DNA of 17,250 bases from an uncultured bacterium (GTDB taxonomy: Bacteria > Abyssobacteria > SURF-5). The DNA lies in NCBI GenBank assembly GCA_964510165.1, contig CAZEBC010000077.1:1-17250 (forward strand). The letters are read 5' to 3'. Positions 8,164 through 17,250 of this stretch are shown one piece after another (the first letter of the stretch is position 1; every line of letters begins with the position of its first letter). A model generated the notes under the pieces. The model saw only the letters and a list, made by a program, of their open reading frames with translations, ran no database searches and was not told the DNA's origin. The position numbers and the translations under genes were made by a program.

Positions 8164-9327
8164 TCATCCAGAGAAAAGCTGTCTCCGCTCAGGCGTTCTG
8201 CTTCTCAAATACTCCTCCAGCCGCCTCATCCCCTCCTCGATGTTTTCGAGCGAGTTGGCGTAGGAAAAGCGGACGAAGCCCTCGGCGTTGGAGCCGAAAT
8301 CTATGCCCGGGCTGATGCCGACGCCCGCATGCTCAAGCACCTCGAATACGAACTTGAGCGAGTCGCTCGTGAACCTCTTCGCGTTCGCAAGCACGTAAAA
8401 CGCGCCGGTCGGCTCTTTCGCGACGCCGAACCCGATCTCCTTGATTCGCCGCACGATGAGCTTTCTGCGCTCGTTGAAGCATGCGACCATCCTGTCAACG
8501 TCGGGCTGCGCCTCTTTGAGCGCGGCTACACCCGCCCATTGCACGAACGTGTTGGCCGCGATAAAGAAGTTCTGCTGCATCTTCTGGATGAGCCGCTGGT
8601 ACCGAGGCGGCGTGATGATGTAACCGAGCCGCCATCCGGTCATCGCGTAGAGCTTCGAGAATCCGTTCAGCACAAAGGCGTTATCAGTGAACTCCAGTGC
8701 CGAATGCTCCCTGCCCTCATACACAAGCCCGTGATATATCTCGTCCGAAACGATGATCGGCCCGAGCGACGCGATCCGCTCGATCACCTTTCCGTCCATC
8801 ACGTGGCCCGTCGGGTTAGCGGGAGAGTTTATCATGATCGCCTTCGTGCGCGGACCGATGCGCTCGCGCACCTTCTCCGGCTCGAACTCAAAACCGTTCT
8901 CCTCTCGCACATCCACAAACGCGGGCGCGCCCCCGACATAATTAATGAACTGCGGATAGCAGGCATAGTGCGGGTTGGAGACGACGACCTCGTCGCCCTC
9001 CTCAAGGAATGAAGACAGCGTGAGCAAAATGCCGGGCGACGTCCCCGATATGACGACCACTCGCTCGGGCGTGACGTTCACGCCGTACCGCGAATGATAA
9101 TACTCGCACACCGCCTCGCGCAGCGGCAGTATCCCCACGCTCGCCGAATAGTGCGTCTGGCCGTCCTTCAGCGCGCGCAGCGCCGCCTCCTTGATGCAAT
9201 CCGGCGTGGGGAAATCAGGCTCGCCGACCTCAAGGTGAATGATGCTGCGTCCCTGCCGCTCCAGTTCCTGGGCGCGTTCGAGCACTTCCATCACCAGGAA
9301 AGGCGGTATGTCAATAGGTCTTTTCAT
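8164..9327 (-). CDS. PLP-dependent class I/II aminotransferase (aspartate aminotransferase-like)
   Basis: LEVGEPDF, NSPANPTG, SDEIYH, PLP-lysine motif GFSKLYAMTGWRLG, FVRFSYA. Start set to ATG 9327 to avoid overlap with the upstream gene. Confidence 0.92.
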   Translation of the reverse strand: MKRPIDIPPFLVMEVLERAQELERQGRSIIHLEVGEPDFPTPDCIKEAALRALKDGQTHYSASVGILPLREAVCEYYHSRYGVNVTPERVVVISGTSPGILLTLSSFLEEGDEVVVSNPHYACYPQFINYVGGAPAFVDVREENGFEFEPEKVRERIGPRTKAIMINSPANPTGHVMDGKVIERIASLGPIIVSDEIYHGLVYEGREHSALEFTDNAFVLNGFSKLYAMTGWRLGYIITPPRYQRLIQKMQQNFFIAANTFVQWAGVAALKEAQPDVDRMVACFNERRKLIVRRIKEIGFGVAKEPTGAFYVLANAKRFTSDSLKFVFEVLEHAGVGISPGIDFGSNAEGFVRFSYANSLENIEEGMRRLEEYLRSRTPERRQLFSG

Positions 9328-9344
9328 CAGGAACGGGATGCAGA

Positions 9345-10304
9345 CTACCCCATTGCGTACGGTACCGGGACAAACGTCAGCATGAAAATTATCGCGCACA
9401 GCGCGCCGACAAGCTTCCGCCTCCAGTCCAGCGAAACGTCCGGAAACATCGGGGGCGGATGCCTCAACCCGAAGACCAGGTTCAGCATTCCCCAGACCGC
9501 CCAGCCGGACCAGCTAAAAAGCCCCATGGCCAGGAGCAGCACCACCGCTGCCCGCGAGATGGCGTGATGTTTCCCTTCGAACAGGGCATACGCTATGTGG
9601 CCGCCGTCCATCATCCCTATCGGCAGGAGGTTCATCATCGTGACCAGCATGCCGATCCATCCCGCGAACAATATGGGGTGCAGCTTGATCGCGTAGCCCT
9701 CGGGAAACGAGGGAAGGATGACGGAGGCCAGTAGCTCCAGGATCACAGACGTGCCGAACAGGCCGTCGCCCGCATGGTCCAGGGGTATGGGACTGGACAA
9801 CTTCAACCCGATCACGACGGCCGGTATCGATACTATGAAGCCTGCTATCGGACCGGCCGCCCCAATATCAAACAGCGCGCGCCTGTCGGGCACGCTCGAC
9901 TTTATCTTGATGACCGCCCCGAAAGTGCCGATGAGCGTCGGCGCCGGAATAAAGTAGGGAAGCGTTGCGTCCACCCTGTGCCGGCGCGACATCAGATAAT
10001 GCCCTAGCTCATGAGCAAGCAGAATGCTCAACAATGCCAGCGAGAACGGCCATCCTTTGTATATGAGATACGGATGCGTCACGATTGTTCTGAGCAGAAC
10101 GTCCGGGTCCGCCGCGCCATCCATCTCCACTAGCAGCGTGCCCGCGAACAACGTCGTGAACACCGTGGCGAGGAATAAGAGCACATTCAGCCTGATTCCG
10201 AGGCCGGGCCGCTTGGGCCGAGCGATCGGCACAAGTTCTTGATCTGCAACAAGCTCCGGCGTTTCCAGGCCAACCGGCCGACCGTATTCTCCGTTGCTGC
10301 CCAT
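9345..10304 (-). CDS. Site-2 protease family (M50) intramembrane zinc metalloprotease, no PDZ domain
   Basis: HELGH zinc motif, PYFIPAP..IGTFGAVI, AAGPIAG, NLLPIGMMDGGH, multiple TM segments. Confidence 0.92.
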   Translation of the reverse strand: MGSNGEYGRPVGLETPELVADQELVPIARPKRPGLGIRLNVLLFLATVFTTLFAGTLLVEMDGAADPDVLLRTIVTHPYLIYKGWPFSLALLSILLAHELGHYLMSRRHRVDATLPYFIPAPTLIGTFGAVIKIKSSVPDRRALFDIGAAGPIAGFIVSIPAVVIGLKLSSPIPLDHAGDGLFGTSVILELLASVILPSFPEGYAIKLHPILFAGWIGMLVTMMNLLPIGMMDGGHIAYALFEGKHHAISRAAVVLLLAMGLFSWSGWAVWGMLNLVFGLRHPPPMFPDVSLDWRRKLVGALCAIIFMLTFVPVPYAMG

Positions 10305-10340
10305 CTGCGAAACTCCTTAAGATTGCGATGTTTCTGTCCA

Positions 10341-10370
10341 ATTCTAGCATATGGCCGGAAAGCCCTGCAA
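10341..10370 (-). promoter_or_regulatory. Putative sigma70-type promoter for the site-2 protease and aminotransferase
   Basis: Minus strand TTGCAG, 18-nt spacer, TAGAAT with extended TG (TGcTAGAAT). Confidence 0.55.
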
Positions 10371-10382
10371 GGAATTTCGGAG

Positions 10383-10456
10383 ACAGCCGCAGAGGAGCCG
10401 CAGCCGAAGCCCTTCACCCTGCCCTCTCCCAGTGGGAGAGGGTTGGGGTGAGGGGG
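10383..10456 (+). repeat. BoxC/REP-like pyrimidine-purine hairpin repeat, copy 1 (full hairpin)
   Basis: TCACCCTGCCCTCTCCC-AGT-GGGAGAGGGTTGGGGTGA; the 30-nt core 10414-10443 matches 12521-12550 at 29/30. Confidence 0.85.
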
Positions 10457-10554
10457 AAAAACACGACAGAAAAATGTGATTTCCAAATGAGTACCACAAA
10501 GAGACGGCTGGCGTGGAATGACGCAAATACCTTCATTCCGACAGGATTGTCAAC

Positions 10555-11730
10555 CTACTTCAGGTAGCCGAGCGCCTTCAATTCCGCTATTTCCTCCTCC
10601 GTCAACTCGAACGTGGGGTTCTTGGACTGGTTCTCGTCAACGGTTGCGTTTAGCGTGTAGCGCCCGGTTGCCTTGATCACGGACGTGTAGCGGATCGCGT
10701 CTTCGCGCTTGAAATGTATGTATTCCGAAATCAACTCTGAATTCTTCGCGGAGAGTGTCTTCGTGTTCGCGGGCAGGCCGGCCCACTCCAGAATGGCGCC
10801 CGCCACAGCGTCCAGCCCCACCAGACGCTTGACTCTGCCCTTCCCCTCGCCATAGACGATTAACGGTATGTGGGTCTGCTCGGTGTATGGCGCCTGACCA
10901 TGAAACAGGTTGCGCGGCAAGCTCGCCGGATCAAGACCGCCCTCGAGCGAGGCGGTTATCTTCTCATCGAAGCCCTCGCCGTGGTCGGACGTGATTATCA
11001 TCCTGAGGTCATCGCCGATCGGTGAATTGCAGATGGCCTCTATCAATTCCATCAGCTTGAGGTCAAAGTCCTTCAGGTTGGCCGAATACGCCGCCACCAA
11101 CTCCTCGGGCGTCAGACCAAGGTCGAATTTCTCCTTGTCGAACGGAGGCTTGCCGAGGTAGTCGTGAGCCTGGTATGTGTGGATAAACATGAAGACCGGC
11201 TGTTGGAACGTCTCTTCACTCAAGAGCTTTTTCGCCATCTCGAAGGAGTCGTTCTCGTGTCTCTGGCGGTTTAATTGCATGAACTTGTCGAATCCCCGGT
11301 GGAATCTGTGCCCAAAGTCAATGAAGCCGCCGCCCGTTAGCCCCACCGTGAAATAGCCCGCTTTCTGCAATTGCTCCTGCGCCATCGGAATATTCTCAGG
11401 GATTTTGTTGTTGTAATATTCCACCCCGTGCTCTCGCTGGAGCAGCCCGGTCAGCATCGTCACATGAGCCGGAAGCGTCCATGTCGAATTCGCGTGCGCG
11501 GCCTCAAAGATCACACAGTTGTTCTCGGCCCATGCCACCGTCTTCGGCATGTGTTCCTCGGAAAAGAAGTCTGCGCGCAATGTATCGATGCTGATAAGTA
11601 CGATATTCGGTTTCTTCTCGGGACTGACAGCTTCAAGGAAACCGTTATTGACGAACCGCACGCCGGCAACGACTGCCCCGCACACGATCAACGTAAAGAC
11701 AAGCCATTTTATCGCCCTTCGCTTCTTCAT
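10555..11730 (-). CDS. Sulfatase-like / alkaline phosphatase superfamily protein with N-terminal membrane anchor
   Basis: KPNIVLISIDTLRAD, NSTWTLPAHVTMLTG, FIHTYQAHDY, ITSDHGE, HG...HIPLIV, C-terminal ELKALGYL. Start probably ATG 11730 (MKKRR then a TM segment); the ORF extends to 11820. Confidence 0.85.
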   Translation of the reverse strand: MKKRRAIKWLVFTLIVCGAVVAGVRFVNNGFLEAVSPEKKPNIVLISIDTLRADFFSEEHMPKTVAWAENNCVIFEAAHANSTWTLPAHVTMLTGLLQREHGVEYYNNKIPENIPMAQEQLQKAGYFTVGLTGGGFIDFGHRFHRGFDKFMQLNRQRHENDSFEMAKKLLSEETFQQPVFMFIHTYQAHDYLGKPPFDKEKFDLGLTPEELVAAYSANLKDFDLKLMELIEAICNSPIGDDLRMIITSDHGEGFDEKITASLEGGLDPASLPRNLFHGQAPYTEQTHIPLIVYGEGKGRVKRLVGLDAVAGAILEWAGLPANTKTLSAKNSELISEYIHFKREDAIRYTSVIKATGRYTLNATVDENQSKNPTFELTEEEIAELKALGYLK

Positions 11731-11809
11731 TGTTTGTCTCTTCTTCCAGACGGATTTGCTCGAACTTCGATATCCGCTCGGGCCCATAGGAAGCCCCGTG
11801 TCATTCTCA

Positions 11810-11839
11810 ACAATAACCATATAACTGCTCCGATGTCAA
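11810..11839 (-). promoter_or_regulatory. Putative sigma70-type promoter for the sulfatase-like gene
   Basis: Minus strand TTGACA, 18-nt spacer, TATTGT. Confidence 0.45.
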
Positions 11840-11943
11840 GGGCAAGAAAGGTTGCGGGGGCGCGATACTGCCTTCAGGTTGGAGGAGTGGTCAGCCTGCA
11901 GTTCTGCGAGTTCAGCGTCTTGCGGTCTCAGCGACGCGGTATC

Positions 11944-12360
11944 TCACGTCCATGAACATGCCTGTAGTAAGACGCAGCCTGTGGAGAGAATCACGACGAT
12001 GTTCACGAGGAACTGCTTCGGCATCTTCTTGTTCACCAATCTGTTCATATTGTGCTCGCTCAGGACCAGCAGTTGCGACGGCTCGACAGCGAGCGCATGC
12101 GCCGAGCGAACATGTTCCTTTTCAAAAATGGCCATTTCGCCGAAAATCTCGCCCGGCCTTAACTCAGCGATTCGGTCCTGGTTGCCTTCATATTCGTCAA
12201 TGATATCCACCTTCCCGGTCAAGATCAGATACATCTCGTGACCGGCTTCGCCTTTGGTGAATACAGGCATCCTGGCATTGACAGACCGGATCACCCCCGA
12301 ATCGAACACCGTCTCTATTTCGGATTTGCTCAATCCTTCAAATACGGGGTAAATAACCAT
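11944..12360 (-). CDS. Stand-alone cyclic nucleotide-binding domain protein, probable frameshift near the C-terminus
   Basis: PVFEGL, VFTKGEAGHEMYLILTGKVDI, phosphate-binding cassette GEIFGEMAIF...RSA; no HTH. ATG 12360 follows AAAGGAGG. The expected C-helix (LSHRLRLT) lies in a shifted frame. Confidence 0.8.
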   Translation of the reverse strand: MVIYPVFEGLSKSEIETVFDSGVIRSVNARMPVFTKGEAGHEMYLILTGKVDIIDEYEGNQDRIAELRPGEIFGEMAIFEKEHVRSAHALAVEPSQLLVLSEHNMNRLVNKKMPKQFLVNIVVILSTGCVLLQACSWT

Positions 12361-12490
12361 TGCATACCCTCCTTTGGCGCGGGTGAACAACCGCCCGCAG
12401 GACAGAGTCAAACTCCCAACTATAGTCAAGATTATATTTCCGGCGAGGTTACAGTTAGGTTAGAGATTGACGGGAATGCGTAGGTTTTCC

Positions 12491-12550
12491 ACAGCGCGGC
12501 GGGGCGGCAACCCAAGTCCCTCACCCTGCCCTCTCCCGGTGGGAGAGGGT
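12491..12550 (+). repeat. BoxC/REP-like hairpin repeat, copy 2 (truncated right arm)
   Basis: TCACCCTGCCCTCTCCC-GGT-GGGAGAGGGT, same orientation as copy 1; the 30 nt upstream also align (22/30 plus one gap). Confidence 0.85.
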
Positions 12551-12574
12551 AAATCGCCGTCGCCCTCCCCCCCG

Positions 12575-13483
12575 CTACTCTGCAGTCCTCGACGACTTGT
12601 CGTACGCGGAGTAGCTGGGGTCTCCCAGCTCGAGCTTGGCGGCAAGGTGAAACACGACCCATGCGCCGCACGTGTCGCAGTCGACATCGTTGCCATAACA
12701 ACAAAATGGGGAGACAAATCGGTCTCCGTCAAGCCACAGTGGCATGACGAGCTTCTTGGAGGGACAATTGTCCGTCACGGCCTTCGAGTTCTCCGAAAGC
12801 GTCAGTTCCAGCCCGCGGCCGCTGCACCAGATGAAGTCCGGGTATTTCCGCTTCAGCCTCATTACCTCGCGGACCGCCTTGTCGCGCTCTTTGAGCGGAG
12901 TCCATCCATACTCGGAATCATCGCGCTTCGGAGGCGTGTAGAACGAGAATGTCATTCCCTCGAAACGCGAGCGCCGCAGTATCTCCACGAGTTCCTCAAG
13001 CCGGTCCTGATTGGTCCGGGTCACAACACATTGGGACATGATGGTCGGGCCGAACCCGTCGGGCACGCGCGAGATCGTCTTCATCACGCGCTCGAATGCG
13101 CCGGCCCCCCTAATGGCGTCGTTGAGGTCGGGCGGGCCGTCAATCGAGACGATGTAAATGCAGCGCGGCAGTTCGATGAGGTCGAGCGTGCCATTGGTGG
13201 TGACATGGTTGCGCGCAAACAGATTGGCGCCCTCACGCAGCACATCCGGCCGGAGAAGCGGCTCGCCGCCCATCCACAGCATGGTATTGATGCCGTGCCG
13301 CCGCTGGAGCTCGGCGAGCGTGGCAACCATGGTGGGCGTGTCCATTTCTGCCCGGAGACTATTCGGGTTTCCCTCTCGGTAGATGAAGCAGTGCTTGCAG
13401 CGAAGCGTGCATCGGTTGGTTATGTTGACCATGGCGGCCGGCCACTGGCGATATTCACACGGCTCGCTGGCGCGCTCGCTCAT
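12575..13483 (-). CDS. Radical SAM protein with a Cys-rich C-terminal (SPASM/twitch-like) extension
   Basis: NITNRCTLRCKHCF (CxxxCxxC), MGGEPLL, TTNGT, VSIDG, RGAGAF; C-terminal C...CC...CxxC. ATG 13483 overlaps the gmhA stop (ATGA). Confidence 0.9.
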   Translation of the reverse strand: MSERASEPCEYRQWPAAMVNITNRCTLRCKHCFIYREGNPNSLRAEMDTPTMVATLAELQRRHGINTMLWMGGEPLLRPDVLREGANLFARNHVTTNGTLDLIELPRCIYIVSIDGPPDLNDAIRGAGAFERVMKTISRVPDGFGPTIMSQCVVTRTNQDRLEELVEILRRSRFEGMTFSFYTPPKRDDSEYGWTPLKERDKAVREVMRLKRKYPDFIWCSGRGLELTLSENSKAVTDNCPSKKLVMPLWLDGDRFVSPFCCYGNDVDCDTCGAWVVFHLAAKLELGDPSYSAYDKSSRTAE

Positions 13484-14070
13484 TCTTCTTGCTCCTGGAG
13501 CTCGAGTTCCACAAGCTCGCAAATGATATGGCCTATCAGGATGTGCGACTCCTGGATGCGCGGCGTCTCACTCGAGGGTACCGCGAGCACGATGTCCGAT
13601 GCCGCCCCCACCTTGCCGCCGTCGCAACCCGTAAGACCGACCGTGGCGCAGCCAATCCTTCGTGCGGCCTCTAGCCCGCGCGCGACATTCGAGGAGTGTC
13701 CGCTGGTGCTGATTCCCACCACGACGTCGCCCGGCCTGGCGGAAGCCTCGAGCTGTCGCTCAAAGACCCTCTCATAGCCGTAATCGTTGCCGAGCGCGGT
13801 CAGAATCGAGGAGTTCGTGTTGAGTGCGGCCGCATCGAACGGGCGGCGCTCCTTGAGGAACCTGCCCACGAGTTCGCACGCGATGTGCTGGGCATCGGCT
13901 GCGCTGCCGCCGTTGCCAAACAGGATCATCTTGCCGCCTTTCCTGTAACAGCCGACAATCTTCGTGGCGACCCGCCCTATGCTTTCAATCAGTTCCTCAG
14001 AAAACTGCCGTTTGACGTCGATGCTGTCAGCGATTCTCTTGCGAATGAGTTCAGGAAAATCGGGCAACAT
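13480..14070 (-). CDS. gmhA: Phosphoheptose (sedoheptulose-7-phosphate) isomerase
   Basis: GNGGSAADAQH, NDYGYERVFERQ, GISTSGHSSNV, RIQESHILIGH. Confidence 0.93.
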   Translation of the reverse strand: MLPDFPELIRKRIADSIDVKRQFSEELIESIGRVATKIVGCYRKGGKMILFGNGGSAADAQHIACELVGRFLKERRPFDAAALNTNSSILTALGNDYGYERVFERQLEASARPGDVVVGISTSGHSSNVARGLEAARRIGCATVGLTGCDGGKVGAASDIVLAVPSSETPRIQESHILIGHIICELVELELQEQEE

Positions 14071-14093
14071 GTGCGATATCCAACGCTTTCACG

Positions 14094-14163
14094 AACCACC
14101 GAGGCACAAAGAGCATAAAGAACTCACCAAGAAATCTTCGTGCTTCTTGGTGGTTTGGTGGTT
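14094..14163. repeat. Hairpin-forming degenerate repeat element between frr and gmhA
   Basis: Units CACCGAGG, CACAAAGAG, CATAAAG, CACCAAG followed by inverted copies; AACCACC (14094-14100) pairs with GGTGGTT (14157-14163) and CACCAAGAA (14125-14133) with TTCTTGGTG (14144-14152). Confidence 0.75.
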
Positions 14164-14200
14164 AGCAGGAGCCTTGGGCGCGGCTCGGCGGGGTATCCGC

Positions 14201-14758
14201 TCATATCTCCATGATTTCTTTTTCCTTCACCTTCAGTAATTCGTCAATTTGAGCCACGTACTCGTCGGTTATCTTCTGGATGTCGTCCATGATCCGATGG
14301 CTCTCGTCTTCCGAAATGTCGCCGTTTTTCTCGCCTTTCTTAATGCGTTCATTGGCCTCTCTGCGGGCATTGCGCAGAGCGACCCTGGAATCCTCGGCCA
14401 GCCGCTTCACAACTTTGACCAGGTCCTTGCGGCGCTCTTCCGTAAGCTCGGGAATCGGAATGCGGATCACCTTGCCGTCGTTATTCGGATTAAGCCCGAG
14501 GTCCGATTTCAGGATCGCCTTCTCGATCGCGCCGAGCGCGCTCTTGTCGTAGGGGGTTATGAGAAGCAGTCTCGCCTCCGGCACTGAGATATTGGCCATC
14601 TGGTTCAGCGGAACGGATGAACCGTAGTAGTCGATATCAATGCCGTCGAGCAGTGAGGTTGACGCCCTGCCCGTGCGGATCGAACCGAATTCGCGCCTGG
14701 TATGCTCCACGGTCTTGCCCATCTTGTCTCTCATGGACGCAATAAGCTCCTTACGCAT
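14201..14758 (-). CDS. frr: Ribosome recycling factor
   Basis: [45 protein letters not shown] 14758 with GGAGG; follows pyrH. Confidence 0.97.
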   Translation of the reverse strand: MRKELIASMRDKMGKTVEHTRREFGSIRTGRASTSLLDGIDIDYYGSSVPLNQMANISVPEARLLLITPYDKSALGAIEKAILKSDLGLNPNNDGKVIRIPIPELTEERRKDLVKVVKRLAEDSRVALRNARREANERIKKGEKNGDISEDESHRIMDDIQKITDEYVAQIDELLKVKEKEIMEI

Positions 14759-14763
14759 TCCGT

Positions 14764-16108
<1,345 letters not shown>

Positions 16109-16157
16109 CTCCCCTTCTCAGATTGTCCAGCAATTCAGGATTTTCGCCGTGGAAGCA

Positions 16158-16191
16158 TCACGCCTCCGGCGTGAGTCCGCCCGCGCGGGCG
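16158..16191. repeat. Two adjacent inverted repeats in the rpsB-tsf spacer
   Basis: TCACGCC-tcc-GGCGTGA (16158-16174) and the perfect palindrome CGCCCGCGCGGGCG (16178-16191). Confidence 0.7.
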
Positions 16192-16273
16192 CGATGAACA
16201 CACAATTATCCCCCGCTTTAGATCGGAATATGCGAGAATCCGCCTTACTACATGGGACGAGGCCGGGCGGGGG

Positions 16274-17080
16274 TTATTCGTACTCCAGCTCGTCCTCCTC
16301 GTCTTCGGAGACTGCTCCCGTCCCGATGGACGCCGCCGCTTTCTCCTCCTCCATGTCCGCGCCCAATTCGGTCCCCGGAACTTCACGGCCCTCCAGCGAG
16401 CGGGCCTTCGCGTCGAGAACGGCGTCTGCCATGATCGCGGTGAAAAGCTTGATCGAGCGAATCGCGTCGTCGTTGCCTGGGACCGGGTACGTCACTTCGT
16501 CCGGGTCGCAGTTTGTGTCCACGATGCCAAGGGACGGAATTCGCAGTTTCCTGGCCTCGGCAACGGCTATAGCTTCCTTCTTGGTGTCTACAATGTAAAT
16601 GGCGGAGGGCAACTCCGTCATGTCCTTGATGCCGGAGAGGTTCTTCTCGAGCTTGACCTTCTCCTTCAGCAGTTGCCCGATCTCCTTCTTGGTCAGCGCC
16701 CCGAAATCGCCTTCCTGCTCCATCTTCTCGATTCGCTTCAGACGGCGGATGCTCTTCTTGATAGTCTCGAAGTTGGTCAATGTCCCGCCGAGCCAACGGT
16801 TTGTCACATAATACATCCCGCAGCGCGTGGCCTGTTCTCGTATAGTCTCCTGCGCCTGTCGTTTTGTGCCGACGAAGAGCAGGGTTCCTCCTGCCTCCAC
16901 GGTCTCGCGGATGAAATGATAAACGACATTGATTTGCTGGATGGTCTTCTGCAAATCAATGATATACACGCCATTGCGCTCACCGAAAATGAACCGCTCC
17001 ATCTTCGGGTTCCATCGCCGCGCCTGATGACCGAAGTGCACTCCGGCCTCAAGCAACTGTTTCATCGTAACGATCGCCAT
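16274..17080 (-). CDS. rpsB: 30S ribosomal protein S2
   Basis: [51 protein letters not shown]. Confidence 0.98.
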   Translation of the reverse strand: MAIVTMKQLLEAGVHFGHQARRWNPKMERFIFGERNGVYIIDLQKTIQQINVVYHFIRETVEAGGTLLFVGTKRQAQETIREQATRCGMYYVTNRWLGGTLTNFETIKKSIRRLKRIEKMEQEGDFGALTKKEIGQLLKEKVKLEKNLSGIKDMTELPSAIYIVDTKKEAIAVAEARKLRIPSLGIVDTNCDPDEVTYPVPGNDDAIRSIKLFTAIMADAVLDAKARSLEGREVPGTELGADMEEEKAAASIGTGAVSEDEEDELEYE

Positions 17081-17096
17081 GTCATTCCTCCATCTT

Positions 17097-17195
17097 GTGG
17101 TTTTCTGCCTCGACCGCCGCAGCCATGGGCAACCCGCTCACCGAGCCAGGCACCGGCCCACGCCATGTTCTTCTTTGAACAGCGGCGGCCTGTGA
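17097..17195 (-). ncRNA. rpsB 5' leader RNA (S2-autoregulatory / t44-like element)
   Basis: Minus strand CACA-GGCCGCCGC...GCGGCGGTC outer stem, inner CGTGGGC/GCCCATG stem, GGTGCCT able to pair with the downstream GAGGCA, then AAAACC before the RBS. This matches the known layout of rpsB leaders. Confidence 0.7.
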
Positions 17196-17212
17196 TTTAA
17201 CGGTGACTTATA

Positions 17213-17242
17213 AATATACCAGAAAATCGGAACGAAACGCAA
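17213..17242 (-). promoter_or_regulatory. rpsB operon promoter
   Basis: Minus strand TTGCGT, 18-nt spacer, TATATT with extended TG (TGgTATATT), just upstream of the leader. Confidence 0.6.
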
Positions 17243-17250
17243 CCCCGTCA

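Noticed and set aside
8155-9012. 285-aa plus-strand ORF
   Set aside because: Antisense to the aminotransferase; no motifs.
9345-10304. Assignment as rseP
   Set aside because: No PDZ domain, HExxH is not near the N-terminus, and it is not adjacent to dxr or cdsA.
11944-11946. TGA as possible selenocysteine in the cNMP-binding gene
   Set aside because: No redox motif or convincing SECIS; an upstream frameshift explains the C-terminus better.
12575-13483. Radical SAM protein as an anaerobic sulfatase maturase for the nearby sulfatase-like gene
   Set aside because: It lacks the full seven-Cys SPASM motif, and the sulfatase-like protein has Thr rather than Cys or Ser at the modifiable position.
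12467-13777. 436-aa plus-strand ORF
   Set aside because: Antisense to the radical SAM gene and gmhA, and it reads through a repeat element.

Overview
High-GC bacterial chromosomal window. The right end holds the core translation cluster rpsB-tsf-pyrH-frr on the minus strand, preceded by a recognisable S2/t44-type leader RNA and a sigma70-like promoter. The usual uppS-cdsA-dxr-rseP genes do not follow frr. Instead the minus strand continues with gmhA, a translationally coupled radical SAM gene, an apparently frameshifted cNMP-binding gene, an atypical sulfatase-family gene, a site-2 protease, a class I aminotransferase, a two-gene type II restriction-modification module (alpha-order N4-cytosine MTase plus an NgoMIV/CCGG-family-like endonuclease), a GT-C/PMT-like membrane glycosyltransferase with a TPR, and an acyl-CoA synthetase. 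A membrane-anchored beta-lactamase-family serine hydrolase converges from the plus strand. The most interesting signals are the R-M pair, a ~60-bp direct repeat with a BoxC-like hairpin bracketing the sulfatase + cNMP genes, and several intergenic repeat elements, including a composite array of triplet repeats at 9-162. All calls come from reading the sequence; no searches were run.
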